Origin: Phoronis australis
Lineage: Eukaryota > Animalia > Phoronida
Assembly: GCA_002633005.1 (NCBI GenBank)
Contig: NMRA01000295.1
Location: forward strand, 184,280 to 248,279
DNA: 64,000 bases
Direction: 5' to 3'
How positions within the stretch are numbered: the first letter of the stretch is position 1; each line of letters starts with the position of its first letter. Made by a program: the position numbers and the translations under genes. Shown here one piece after another: positions 25,001-40,000 of the stretch. The notes under the pieces were generated by a model, which saw only the letters and a program-made list of their open reading frames with translations, searched no databases and had not been told where the DNA came from.

Positions 25001-28000
25001 GCACTGAAGAAGGAAGCAATCTTGGGTTTTCCTTCCCTCGTAACATATAGGGTGGCTGCTATCAATGACTGTTTGGCAGCGGCGTCTGTCACAATCCACA
25101 GGTTGTCCTCAGGTCGGGGAAGTGTGATGACCTTGTTGGACGAGAGTGCCTTCTGGGCAGCAGAAAATGCACTGACTAACTCATCAGACCTTGTCAATGG
25201 ATCCTTGGAATCGTGGCCTGAAATAGCATCATCCAGTGGAGACATATCGGCAGAGCAATTAGGGATAACCCTAGACAGAGCCTTGAAGGCAGCAATGAAG
25301 AAACGTATCTGACGCACAAATGTAGACCAGACTTAGCAAGGGCAGAAAGTAACAGAGACGGGATTTGATAAAAAGCACACGTGAGATCCGTCTTGGCGAT
25401 AAATCGCCACAGGGTAATTTTGCGTAGGACCGAATCTACAGCGGGCATGAGTGATGGTTGGGGTTTGGCGTATCTTCCAACATCCGCAAAGGCTGTCACG
25501 AGTCGAAATCCGCCGCTGGGCTTTTTGATCAGGAAGGATGGGTTGAGATACTCAGCTTGGACCTTCACATCTTCGGGACGAACAAAGACACCGAGTGTCT
25601 CAAGGTAGTGGAATTTCTGTTGGAGGTCGTGGAGATTTGTCGGTGAGTACATAGGTAGACGACCCCTGCGTTGTGGCAGCTGAGTGGGACCCATGTTAAC
25701 AGAGGCTTCAAATGGACTCGCGGATCCATTGTAACCGGTAAAACTGGGGTTGTATATAGTAGGAAAGGACTCGTGGAGGCGTTCGAAAGCCTTCCGGGCA
25801 ACATCCGGTAAAACTCCATCGGGATCGACTGAAGCGAAGAGAAAATGCTGGACATGCTGCGTGGTTGGTGAGGATGTTTGGGAGGGTGCTACCATTGTAG
25901 GTACAGGTGTGAAGACGTGGTGAAGCTGACAAAAGTGTTCGTCCTTGCATACGAACCGGGGTTCGTTTGTCATTTAGTGGGTGTACCTTGCCCTGATCAG
26001 CAGTAATGATTTGCGGTTTGGGCCACAAGTCACTAGGGTCGCAACATCGGGCACTTGCGGAATCTATTCGGGGTTCAATCACTATCTCCTGTTAATGTCC
26101 AAGTACATCAGCAGCGACTTCAATGTCTGGCCATTCTCCTGGCCATACCACAGTGGCTGAAGGAGGGGAACACAGAACGTGTTCTACGGACAAGTGACTA
26201 TCTTGACGAAGTGATTATAGCTGTAGACATCGACTTCTCCTACACCAACCTCTTTCTTAGCTGTGTACACGGAGATGTTAATGGGTAGCACCAAGGACTT
26301 CTAAATCAAATGTCTTAATGACCAGGCCCTCGAAAACCAATTTGTGGCTGTCAAGCATGAAAGTGATCTTGGTTTCGCCGACAACATTGAGTGGGGAGGC
26401 ACCATCAGCTTGGAAAGCATACTGTGTGTTGGGGACGATAGGTGTACCGAGTGATCGAGCGCAAGATTCGCGTACCATATTTCCTGTAGCACCACAATCG
26501 AGAGTAAGCCGGGCCAGTTGATCGTGGCACACAACGTCGATGAAAGGTGACTGGATAATTTGCACTCGGTTCGCTATGGACTCCTCGGGTTCACAAATCT
26601 CGTCGGGACACTCTGAAAGACTGGGATCACCAACCACGGAGAAGCGGGCCTTCATAAGATAGCGTTTGTCTTCTCCCTGCGGGTAGGTAGGGATACTGAG
26701 ACAAGTAGTGATCAAACTGGGAGAGATGAGCCTGTTTACACCGTGGACATGACTTTGATGGGTTTCGGCGAGGGACAAAGGTTGCCTTGCGAGGGAGAGC
26801 CCGCAACGCCTTGGCATTTTCGAGTGTTTTTAACTCGTCAAGCAATGGCTGGAGTGCCTGCGAAATTTCCGGTTTGATCGATGAAAGTGACTTAGGCTAT
26901 TTCGGAGTTCGGAACCATATCGTTGTTGGACGAGATGAGGTAAACGTGGGTGAATCAAGCGTAATCAAGAGAGGACTACTAAATTTTCTAAGGTCGGAGA
27001 CATCTCTTCCTCGTCTTTGTTAAGCACGCCATGATGTAAAATAGTGTTGTCCGGGCCGAGCATATTTAATTGACTTAGACGAATGATATAGGTCTTCCAG
27101 GCGTTCGGCAGGTTGGAGGCGAATATCAGAAAAACAAATGAAATGTCCTCCAGATGTCTGAAAGCCGTAATTACTTCTGATAATTTGCCATATGCCGACA
27201 ATAGAGGTGGATTGTTGGACAATAGCACTACGGGCAATCACAAGACAATTATTGGCCAATTAGCCTAGCATGAGGTTTAGGTAGCTTAATTTTTGACCGG
27301 CTGTGCGTCGCCGGGATTCAGGTACACCGTCTGCATCGTCAACTGAACCCCTCAAGGGAACTCTGGCTTTTGCCACGCATAATCGGCTTGAAGAAAGTCC
27401 GCAAATTTCGGGTCGAGTGATAAGACGTAAGTTATATTGTTCTTCCAATTATCAAAACTGGTGATGGTTTCGTATTTAGTTAAGTACCACTGCTTCGGTG
27501 CTTTAGCCATGGTTCAATTGCTACTGCCACCACACCTGTAATAATAAAAGACGACTAGGCTTACATGAACGTCTGTATTTCGTAGAACAGCAACCGGAAG
27601 AGAAGTAACCAAAAATACGAACGAATAAAGTACACAAATAATGGCGCACTACGTATGGGACGGCCACACGTGTATCAGCTTCAACGGGCTTAGAGGAAGT
27701 GGATGACATGAGTAAAGGCGTTCGGTTTACCAGTGGACAAATTGGTACCCAAGATTACTCATATTCAAACGAACGTGAGAAAGCGTCAGGAAATGTTTGA
27801 TACTATCAGTGAGCGCTCAAGAAACGATGAAGTTCGAAGCAGAAAATACAACTTTTTCCTTTATGGTGTAAAACAAGAACTGCTCTGTACACTGCTCTAT
27901 GCACTGCTCTGTGCTCCATTTTTGAATGAAGGCTTAAAAATAGAATTTTGATGATTTTTATGAAAAAAGTTGCAAAGAACGAAAGCGAAACAATAATTTT

Positions 28001-31000
28001 GAAAACTGTAACAGCGTTTTTGATATTTCATCTTAAACATTTATGTCACACAAAATTTGTCATTGATTGTTTGGCTATGAATGTAGCTGCTTTCTTTTTT
28101 GCTAAATTTTCCTAAAAAGTAAGTTCACCTAATTGGTAGCAGATTGTTATATAAAGTCAAAAATCAAAATCTTTCTGCTTTCTTACTTTTTTTTCTGATT
28201 AAATTCTATAGTGTTCTAGACATTTGGCTAAATGTACAGGCTTGCCAATAGAGCCCAACATAACCTTATAAGTAGCCGCAAGAGAGCGCGCCTGAAGCTC
28301 TCTTAGCGCTGTCTAGAAATGTATGACGCATATTTTACTTTATAAGTAGAAAGCCAGTATAATTTCATTTTTACTGATATACCTCGCGTTATTTGACTAT
28401 GTCTTTTTTAGTAAAAACTAAGATAAAAGAACGTTACATTCATATTGAAACAATGGTATCAATAACAGGTCCAATTAATGTTTGATAAAAATTCTCAAGA
28501 TGATATCTCAAAATCGCAGATACAGTTTCCTAAATTATCGCTTTGTTTTGTTTTGTTTTGTTTTATGCATCTTTTTGGTATTTTTCATCAGTTTTAGAAA
28601 ACAGCGCATAAATCAGTGTATTAGAGACTTTCATGTGATTCCGATCAACCATTTCTGAGATATGATGTCCCGAAGTAAGCCCAGATAGTTACATTTTTTG
28701 TAAAGTCATACATATCCTTATAACGCCAACTTGCACTGAACAATATCGCCTATCCCCAAACACGTGGTTCAAGATCGACAACTCTTTACAAACACGTGGT
28801 TCAAGTTCGACAACTCCTTACAAACACGTGGTTCAAGTTCGACAACTCCTTACAAACACGTGGTTCAAGTTCGACAACTCTTTACAAACACGTGGTTCAA
28901 GTTCGACAACTCTTTACAAACACGTGGTTCAAGATCGACAACTCTTTACAAACACGTGGTTCAAGATCGACAACTCCTTACAAACACGTGGTTCAAGTTC
29001 AACAACTCCTTACAAAATTTGCTCCATCGCTAAGCGTGACTAAATACTAAAAGTCTCGAACCACCTAATCTATTTTGTGATTCTGCTGCAAGGACAGAGT
29101 TTTAGCTTGAAAATTTCCGGAGAATCAGTTTTGGGAAAATAACCCAAAACATTGAACGCAACAAAGTACATGTTCCAAGTGAGTAGGCCCTTGAGCTTCT
29201 TCACAAGACTCCCGTTTCTCATTTGCATTCAAAAACAAGATGCGTTCCTTTTGCTGGACCATTTGCACCATTTATTACTGGTACATACATGGCCAATGAG
29301 AAAAAGACACTTTCAACGCTAAAACAAACTGTAAGAAAAATAAGGGTTTTGTATTTTTTGTTGTAAAGCTAACACCCAAAAACGTACTTTGTTTAATGGC
29401 AAGACAGATCAGTTTGTTTTATATAAACCCTGCTTTGGTGATTTCAACCAATCCTCGTTCTGTCTTCTGGTAATGCACCATTGGCACCTTACTTGAACGA
29501 AAAAAGCAGGATTCAATTACCAGAAAACACATACCACTTTGTCACAAAATTATTGTTATATCCTTGCTGGATGGTTTTGGTGGCTCACCGCTGCTAAATT
29601 TAATTTAAAGAGGCCTTGATCTCGATAAACAGACTAAATTGCAATATTCAAAGTGGTTCTCTGCCACTGAATAAGGTATTTATAAGGTTTGTTCCTAAAG
29701 ATTTGATGCCAAACCATTTTCTTTTAGTTTCAAATTTCGAAATAACGTCAACTGTTCGCCTCTTCATCGATTTTTCTCCCACAAGGCATAGCAAGTCTCC
29801 TTGTTTAGTATGGCAAGGCATGGACGTAGCTCATTTCCCTGATATGGAAAATGTGATCCTTTGTCGTCAAGCGACTTCAAGCAAATGACTGTGAGCGCAT
29901 ACGCGCATTATTATATGTGGGAGGGAAATAAGTGGTAACCAAAGAGTTTTTCCTTCGTGCGTATTTCAAAAATCGTGAATTTTGTGATTTTTTTCTGGAA
30001 ATGTCTTCACAGGGAAAGTGAATTACTCTGTACTAGACGTCGTGAAATGGTATTTTCGTCAGAAATTGTTTAAAAGATATTTTTGACGAGCTTTTGCGTT
30101 CCATGCCTCTCTAATTGGTAAGAAAATAAAATAAAATAAATATTTTTAAGAGAAAAGAAAGTTGTTTTGAAAGTAAAACATACTCAAAAAGAAAACCTGA
30201 TAGAAAGCAATTTTGAAAATACTTTGTCTTTAAAAAGAAAAAAAAACAATTTGAAAGTAAAACGTGTTTAAAAAGAAAATCGGTAATAAAAAGAATTTAA
30301 AAACAGTTAGAAAGTAAAGCAAGTTTTAAAACGAAACGAAACTAATTTGAAAGCGAAATCGTTTAATAAAAAATATCACAATTTTAAAAGTATTTTGAAA
30401 GTAAAACAGTTTTGAAAATATAAATGTTTTAATTTTAAAACCAAAATAAAATCACTATTAAAAACAAAACCCATTCGCTTTTCGTTTCCATTTTCAGCAG
30501 CCACAGGTCATTACTGATGAGTTATAGTCCATTCACCGTCAATTATCACAGGACTGTTGGTCTATTTGTGCCTATGTTTACAATCACACGTAGATAGTTG
30601 ATGCTGACTAATGTTGTTAGCAGATTTCAAGTTCGTTTTAACTTTAACAGTTAAAGTAATTATACTTTAAAATTGTTCGAACGTTATTTTTTAAATGTGT
30701 TTTACTTTAAAAATATTTTTGCTTTGCATCAAATTTTCTTTTTCAATATGTTTTACTTTCCAAAATATTTTGATTTTTTCTTTTAAAAACAAAAGTATTT
30801 TTAAAATTGTTTTACGTCATATTTTCATTAAAACATCTTTTAACTTCAAAGTAATTTCATTATAATGTTAATTTTATCTTGGCAGCGATGGGACACCATA
30901 GCAGTCTTTCCCTATAGTTGCCGGTTAACTCGCTTAAGGCCCAGGTCACACTAGTCTGCTTAACAGATTTTGTAGAAAAGTTTTCAAAATTTGCGCCAAG

Positions 31001-34000
31001 CATTTGAGGATTAGCGAGGGTTACAGAAAATTATTTTGTTTTAGGAAGCTCAATGGGAAAGGCGTTGTTAGTATCTGTTAATAGTCGAAAAATGGTTTTA
31101 GTTTCTTTTGCGTCCGTGGTTTGACCATAAGAGTGCAGCGTTCACACTAGTACTTCTTAATGACAGCAACTCGAAGCAAACGTTAGGACATGGAGACTCA
31201 GCACACGGGGTCCCCGGGCGAGTGCTTTGAGGTGCCAATGGAGTACCAGCACACGGCGTCTCCAGGAAAGTGCTTAGAGGTGCCCCTGCAACGCCATATA
31301 TTTTGGGTCAATTTTGGGGGGAAATATTTTGATTTAATTCTTTAAAACGGAAAGTTGTTGTTCATAATTATACAAAACACAGTCTACCGCTCGTTGTTTT
31401 GTTTCAACAGGACATTCCCCCAGCTAAGCTGTGGGACTTTAGCACTCCCCTAACAAAAGCAATGACAAGAGAATGACGATGATGAATGCCGTTTTAAAGT
31501 ACCTTCAAATATCCTTTCGTTGATCCCCTTTCCCACCTCTAACTGTCCAAGCTTTCCTCGCAGATAAAAATTAATCAAGTCATCGCCAAGCGTGTCGTCA
31601 TGATCAAAGACGTCCTTGTGCTCCTTAAGTATCTTGTCTACTACGCCTTTTACCACCCTGCGGTTGTCCACAGCCTTTCGAATCATCCGCTTTCCAAAAT
31701 AGGGTATTTCGTCAGTGAAATTTATCACGGTTAGAAAGTAAGGAATCTTCGCAAAGCCATTCACACGTTGGACAATTTCATGAAGCACAGGATCACTGTA
31801 TTCGAATCTTTTTCCGAACACCATACAACAAATGACGTTAGACACTGCGCTTGCAAGAGACAAGCGCATGTCAATAGGCTTGCCATTCCTCCTGCGTAGC
31901 TCGTCCATATACATCGTTACTTCTCGCGTGATGTGGGGCTCATGACTCTGCCGTCCCAGTCCAAGGTCACGTAAGTGGCGAAGACAAAACCTGCGATTGC
32001 TTTTCCAAATGTCACCATCAGAGAAAATGACTCCTGAAACGAGACGTTGTGTTGTGAACAGATACAACCTGTTCAAATTCTATTCTGTTTGAATCAGAGC
32101 CACTTTTGAGTGTCACTCTAAGTCTTGCCAACACGCCAAGAGGTGCACACATGTCTTCAAAGTTACTTATATTCCTGTTTTGTTGGTGCGTAAACGGAAA
32201 ACAACAGTATAGGCGTGCGAAGGTTTGGTTTTAGGGGAGAAACAAGTGGGAACAGAACGTTCCCCTAAGGTCGACACTGTGTCCTCCACCATCCAGTTTT
32301 GCGCTGAGTTCGACCCAATCCCTATGGTTTACATCATACTGCATTCACCAGTTGACACCACTTATACTCTTCGACAATAGTTTAACCTTCGCTCCCTCTT
32401 TGCTGGATTGACTAGGCCCGTAGGATGGTAAACATTATTGAAAGGGGGGTTGGGGGAGGTTGCAAATAATTCGATTACCGCAAAATTTTGCCCGCGTGGT
32501 CCCAAAGTCAGATTCCTCCCTATTGTCACCACTTCACCTCCCCTGGTTTTCGCAAATTGCGCCCCCCCCGCGACAAAAGCATGCTGACTTTGCTGCTCGA
32601 GAGGCAAATCCCTTGGAGGCAGCCACCGCAAACTTGAAGACAAATGCTTCAACATTTCGTGAGAAAGGGTCACATTTTAGATTTGGACACGTTGCGAAGT
32701 TACATGGTTAGGCTTTGAATTTGACCTAAAAGGTATCTTTTATGGATCTCGTTTTATTATGGTGCTAAAAATATAATGTCAAATAATTCTCTAGAAGGCA
32801 TAAAAGTAACGACAAGAATAACTACCGTGAGCTGATAAATCCGGAGGAATAAGAGAAGGAACTGCATCACGTCTGAATGAGTAGATGGGCGACTTGGGTT
32901 ATAGTTACGTCAACTTCCGAGAGTGAAAATGAGGCCTAAGGCTAAGATTCACTTCACTGAGTTACAGTTTGGTCACAGTTTATTTTACGCTGTAAAGGGT
33001 TTGCTACGGGGTTCCAGGTACGCAGCCAAAATCCCTCGTTGGTAATACGGTACACGAGTTTCTGGTGGTTGCGTCCGGGAGCGGACAAATGATATTGAAC
33101 TGTCAGAACTTCACCATTCTATGTCAAAGTTCACCGAAAAACCAATTCCTTAGAGGTTTATTTTGGATTGGCAAAAGTCCGTATGAACATTATGAAACCT
33201 GTTAGGCCATGACATGGCAACACAATAAAGGTTCTCACAACGAACATTTTGAGTTAACTGTCGATCGTTAACTTGCAAAAATTTTTCAAACTCACAGTAT
33301 GAATGGATCCGCGCAGGCACACTTGAAAGAAGACCACGGAAGATTTGGGATAAATTTTTAAAATATATTCGCGTACACGTAAATTCTTGTTCACGCAAGT
33401 GGTAACTTGTCACGGATTATGAGTTTGCGCTCTAAAAATTGTAGAAATGTTTGTTCACGGTTTAGGAGATAAAGCTGCGGACGGCAATACTCGAAAATAA
33501 TAAAAATGGTCACCACGTGACGCAAAATACGTCAAATGCATCCTAAATCGGAAGGCAGGGTCGCCTTCGTAATAGCAAATTAACGTATTTTTCAAATTTC
33601 ATGAAAATTTGTGAAGGGACTCCGAAGATATAGAGGGAAACCGAAAATACTAAAATTGTCACTGGCNNNNNNNNNNNNNNCGGGGGGGCAAAGCGGAAAT
33701 CAGATCCGCGCGAAAGTTGTCGTCATCTCCACATGAAAACATCTGCCAACGTTTTGGCGATGAAGCCGCGGACATCGAACGCCTGGACATAAATGTTTTT
33801 GTGGGTGCATAAAAATCATACAGTTTGATCGATACAGCAAGTTTTTCACGACAAACTACCCCTTCATTAATAATCTGTCCTAAACACACTCCTCTTGAAT
33901 TGACACTGCGCGTTTCTTTTTTAGTTTTCTCAGAATCTCAATATCCCGACTTAATTATCTCGAGATCCCGAGATAATTTTCATCAGAGTGTCGCTGAACG

Positions 34001-37000
34001 TAAACAGTCTTCTGGTGCGTCGCATTGCCACACCAACTGGATCGACAGCAGAAAGAATGGTTCGCACAGTTTTTTGTTACACCACTAAGCCATTAGTGAC
34101 ATATTTGTGGTGCATCAATCTATAACCATATTGCCACCCTGGTATAGATATTTGACGGTTTATAAAACCAATCACATCATCAATGTCTGAATAATTGTTA
34201 CGACGCGCCAGCCCTAGGCTTGAAAACGAACAACGCAGGTGCCTAAAGCTAATAATTACACCAAAGCGATACTTGAACATTTTCTTTTTTGCGACATCCC
34301 TAAGTTGAAAAGATCTCTAACAGCTTCATCTCTATCCAAATTGGAATGTTCTTTCGAACAGAAAACAAGGCCTATCATATGAGACCAATTTTATAACAGT
34401 AAGAGGTCTACTTCTATTTTTTCAAGCACTTACAGTACTGCAAATTTAAGCGGGTAACATCTTCCCATTAACATTAGACACGTAAATCTGTTGTGACGTG
34501 ATAAGTCTAATAAGTTCTTAACATAAGCGTTGTCATTGATGTTTTGTTGCTATGGTGCGTTCTAATACTTCTACTGACTGTGTGGGTAAAGATTGTATGG
34601 CTTTGATTACTTGTCCTCATGATGATGTATGAGACGTCGAAACATGTTGAAGTTGAAAAATCTCGTTGTTTTCATTAATATCTTTATTTATTTTTCTTTG
34701 TTGAGACCATAAGCGTTATACCTGGTATCACGCCAGATAGGATCATATGTGATTTTACAAACGTTGAAAGTTGAGTCATCGTCTTATTACGTAAAATTTT
34801 GAAAAATTTCCAGTGCATTCATTTGATAAAGTGGTATGCCCATCGCAATGTCATGGCTTAAAAATATGAAGTTTTAAGGAGAACAATTGAAAGGTGCACT
34901 TGCGTAAAATTATTCTTGTAGTACAATATCAGTAGGAACCGCCAACTTTAATATTACAGTTTTGCTCGGGTGGTACTCAGCTATTTTTCGGCAAGGATGC
35001 CGCTGAAATATTAATTTACCCTTAAAACATTTATTTTCGTGTACACCATGCCTGTAGCCCATGTTATGCAAAATTACGTGATCTACATCGTCTCTTCCTT
35101 TACCAGCTGTCAACAGTCACACACATGTACGTAGCAATTTTTAAATAGTTCCCGTCAAATTTTGAGGGCCCCTCGTGGGTTTCTGAGTTATTATCTTTGT
35201 CCAACTGAGGCTGACCGGTCCAAACCTCTGGAACATTTGTTTTTTGTTGTTACTTCACCGACCGTTCCCCCTTAACTGTCACGGGCCCTGGGGTTGTAAT
35301 CCCTCCTGGCCAGCCCTAGCTCTGGACGCCCCTGACCATGCATTCAATTTACTATGCAACGTGTTCAATGAAACTACATCGAGAATTCGTTTGTGAAAAC
35401 AACGATTTATTAGTTGAGACAAGTGGACATTTGAAAACAAATTGTGTTCATAGAATCGTCATTCCAAGATAATTAACTCGAGATCTCCAGATCCTGAGAT
35501 AATTAAAAAAGAAACGCGTTATGTCATATTTGGGCCATCGTATTTACAAGATCATCTAGAATACTGTTATTCACAAATACTGGTCTTCCAGTTCTTCTGT
35601 ATTGGATTCCACTCAATGATATTTTGTGTTTTTTTACTACAGATTTGCTGGTTGGGACGCAGTACTTTGTTTGAACATATTCAATGAATTTCATTTCCAA
35701 TTTGATTTTTTTTCTCCACCTCGTCAATAGCTGACAATGCTAGAATTACTGTGGCCCGTCTGAGATGGAGTCCTTCACTACACGATGCCGAAATACTCTA
35801 GAAGGGTACATCATTTATAATGACGGTAACATGCGCCACATATAAATATGTGGGCGCATAAAAACATAAGAGAGTGACAGCTTGATTTCATCATCGGATC
35901 ACCCTACTTCCATCATTGTGTCATCTTCAGATAAACGATTGTGCGAAATCACAAAAGAGGAAAACAGGGAGGCAATCAATGCCATCGTTGTGGCTCCCTG
36001 CGGGAGTGGACCCTTCAGGAAAAGGACACAAATAAGTAAGGCGGAGAAGTGTTAACCAGTCTCCATAACATTGGATGAAATGAGGGGAAGATATACAGGG
36101 ATTAACAAGCGTCATAGAAGGAGTTCCAAATAATTGCAATTAACAATTTTTCATGCACCACGTGACAGGGGTGACAAATCTGAAGACATGTCATAGAACG
36201 ATTGAAAGTGGGTGTCACTCTAGTGAGTCTAAAGTCAGTGTGCAGGGTATTGGTCAATGAAAGGTATGTAAATGGATAAATCTGGGATGCCTGAACCAAT
36301 TTATTAAATCTCTTGAATCGGACTTTTTCATACTTTGATGAAAAATTATCCCAATATCAAACATTTTATACTACTTCAATGAATGTTTTTTTGCAATTTA
36401 ATCTTTGTTATTTCTTTTTAAGTAATAAATCGTTTTCTCTAAAACTGTTTCTTTTAGTAGAGAAAACTTGTAACATAACGTGCAAGTACATACATATATG
36501 ATGTTGATCCGCCATGTGAACAGTCTTGGTAAAGTATTTTAAAACTCTGGTGAAAAAAATGAAAAAACTTAAGAATTCGAAGCGAATGGGATAAATACAA
36601 AATGTACTTCAATTGGCGTAGATGTATATCACTCGACATTATTCCGCGATCTTGGTCTATACTCGCCGGAATAATGTCTCGTGGGGTATTACTTCGTCTA
36701 CGCCCCTCTCGCTACGTTTTCTTTATGTATCACTTCATCTTCGCCACTCTCGCTACGTTTTCTGTATGTATCACTTCATTTACGCCACTCTCGCTACGTT
36801 TTCTGTATGTATTACTTCACCTACGCCACTTTCGCTATGTTTTGTGTATGTATTTCTTATTTTGATAACCAATTTAAAATCTATTTTTGATACTGAGCTT
36901 GACCGACGCAAAAATTTGATCAGTTTGGGTCCAAAATATTCATGATAGTTTAAGTGAAGAATATGCTAGTCTCACCCAGATGTATCAACTCACAGGTCGG

Positions 37001-40000
37001 TGAATCTAGAGTTGACCGTTTTATAGTCTCGTGCAGTGACACTTAATACCACGGTGTGGGGACCTGTACCACGTGTTTGGACTGAGCAGTTTTATGATGG
37101 AATACGTTACTAGTCGAAAGAACTGCCTTTAAAATGTTCTGCCCAATAGCGTTAGAGTAGTGGCGAGGGCTGAAAGCTTCTCTCGTTAATGTGACCAGCA
37201 ATGAAGGCCCACCGCGACTCGGTAGCCGTGGTGTTGTTAAAAAATCAAAAATATCGGTGAAAGTTTGTTATAACATGATGCATTATGTCGTTGATTTAAT
37301 ACACTTCATACTGTAAGTAATTTTTTATGAAGATGTGCATGTGCTGCAAAAGTTCAGCTAAAAGTTTTATTCATTAACAAAGATATGGACGGAGTAAATT
37401 AGGCAGTCAGACAAACGACTGTACGGACTCGCCTGAGCCAACTGTACGGACTCGCCTGAGCCAACTGTACGGACTCGCCTGAGCCAACTGTACGGACTCA
37501 CCTGAGCCAACTGTACGGACTCGTCTGAGCCAACTGTACGGACTCGCCTGAGCCAACTGTACGGACTCGTCATGAGTAGATTTGTGAAAACTGTACGAAC
37601 TTGTCAGTGAGATGATTAAGAATTAGTCAAATTTTAACCAGAATAGATCGTTTAACTTTATAATAACAGAAGTTCTAGAGGAGTATAGTCGGATAGGTGA
37701 TTTGAGAAAGATTGGATTTGCAATTTGGTGCATGAAGTTAGAACACAGGTATGAAGTGTTGGGCCATTGTCATTAACCATTGTGGACAGAGTGAAATCGA
37801 TGTGAAAACATTTTTACACTTTTTCCAATCAACCAACTTCAAATGTTGTTACTTTTGTGTTGGCACAGATCACGTTGCTGAAGTAACTGGCCACGGGATC
37901 GCAGATAACGGCGCTCAAGTAGGCTACTAAGGATTAGGAACATGACTGTATCTAACATTGCACGAACACAGCGGTTTGGAATGTTTCAGAGTAAAACAAA
38001 TGAGTGTATTCCCAACACTGTTTTGGAGGAGGGCTGCGAAACCAGGTAAAGCAAAAGATATCTATACGAGAAAAAGAGTTTGACCACAAGAGTCCATTTA
38101 TGGAGAAGTCAAAAGTAGAACGAGAAGACAAAGATGAAGAATACACCGAGCGAAAAGAGTGCGAAACAGATATAGCGACGGGTTTAGCACGAGCATTACA
38201 TTGCAATAACAGAAACATGTGGTCTCACACCACGCGTGATCGATGCTTTGAAAACAATAAGAAAGTCAAGAGACCTGGGTCAAGTTTAATAGGATGATAG
38301 CAGATGGCACGTTGCCCTTAGACAACATAGCCTTCTTACTGTTTTTAGATGTGGCAGAATTGCTACCCTTGACAACACCGTGACAATGAGGTACTCGAAC
38401 AACATTGTAAAGTTTTGGCGGATCGTATACAAACTTTTCTACGGGAAAATTTTAAGTTCACAGAGTGTTCAAGTATGAAATCTGGAGAAAACTAATTAGA
38501 ATCGAAAATAAACTTTGCCATGCCAAACGTTAAGCAGCTGCTTGCGTCAAAAGTGGATAAGTCTATAACTCCTGGAATTATTCCTGAACTTGTTGATGTC
38601 ACTCCCAAAGCCAGTGCGTGTCAGTAGGCACCTCGGCCAACACGCGATCGAAAACGCCCGTAAGGCGATCGAGAACGAGACCTTGCACCTAAAATGGCAG
38701 ACGACGGTGATGTACCCGGTGAGTTTAAGTATCATTTTCTGCTTAAATAGAGGCCACTTTGGTACGAATGCTACACACAGAAAAGCGTCAGAGCGTTACC
38801 TTCGTCTTGGTGACACCGTTGTTAGTTATGATTTGTGAATCAATTTGAGATATTTACCAATACAAGCAGGTCCTTGTGTGAGACGGCGATCGGGAGCGAA
38901 GTCGTTAATTCTCTATGGCGATCGTGAACGCAAAAAAGCGATCGTGAACGCACATTTTTTTCTCTGCATTGGCCTGAATAGTCGTTTAAGTTACGGTATT
39001 ATGTCATTTATTTTAGAATAATACGGAGCCTGAATTAGTTGATGGGTTGATTATTAATTACATTTCATCGTTTTTTCATGATTTCTAAGTGAACCTAACA
39101 AACATAACTGAATGCGTTTGATTTTTTTTTCAGTTGAACTATACCCACACGACGAGTCCTTCAGGGTGTTAAAAGTACGACTGCTGCATGTCACAAAGGA
39201 GTGCGTGTGAATGTTCTGGAACCTCAGGAACTGAGAAATCGACTTAGTATGACCACATGGCAATAAAACACAGTGACACTACAACAAGCAAAACCTTTAC
39301 CAGCCCTGCGATTGACGCGTTGCATGCCTCAAGAGTTTTGTTTTACCCATATAGGAAAATACAGCATGAAGCATCGAGCTCAGGAACCAAGTCGATTCAG
39401 TGTCCCACATGTGATCAACGTTTCACGGAAAGAGTAAGCCTGATGCGACACTGCGTCACAGCACGAGTACACTCCTTTTTGTGGTGAATGTGGCATGTCA
39501 TGCAAACAGAATACCTCCTTCTACAGGCATAGCAAGCAGAAACGTCATGAATAAAATCATTAAGTCCAGCGATGAAGGTTATTAAGTCACTGTAGTTTAT
39601 TCAGATTTACAAAATCTGTGGTTGGTAGTTGTCTGATGTGATAGTATTTTGACGTTTTGTTTACCTTTTTCTTCAAGTTTCTTTCTATATTTGTGTTACT
39701 TCAAAAGTATCTTTAATCTTTAACAGAACCAGTACATTTTTGTAGTGTTTAGGTAGATTTAAATGGCCATACTAAGTGTCATTGGGCAATACTTACATAC
39801 AATTGTTCTGACCAATTAGTATTTTAAAAAAAAATATATGTCTATGATTATTGCTTTCATATTGTTGTTTATTTCCTGTGAGAGACTATTATACTATCAA
39901 TCAGTCCTAAATATATTGTCTATGATTTAGTGATGATTTAGTCTAATACATTCCTCAAATAATTCGCTGGAAAAGCTCAATGGATTTGTAATGTTGATTT

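Noticed and set aside
28764-29050. Repetitive peptides in three frames (also 6104-6337, 36602-36945, 37367-37573)
   Set aside because: They are translations of minisatellites with no splice or domain support.
31503-32033. CYP exon 2 and the TLDc exon are both 531 nt, phase 1-1
   Set aside because: No sequence similarity between them; treated as coincidence.
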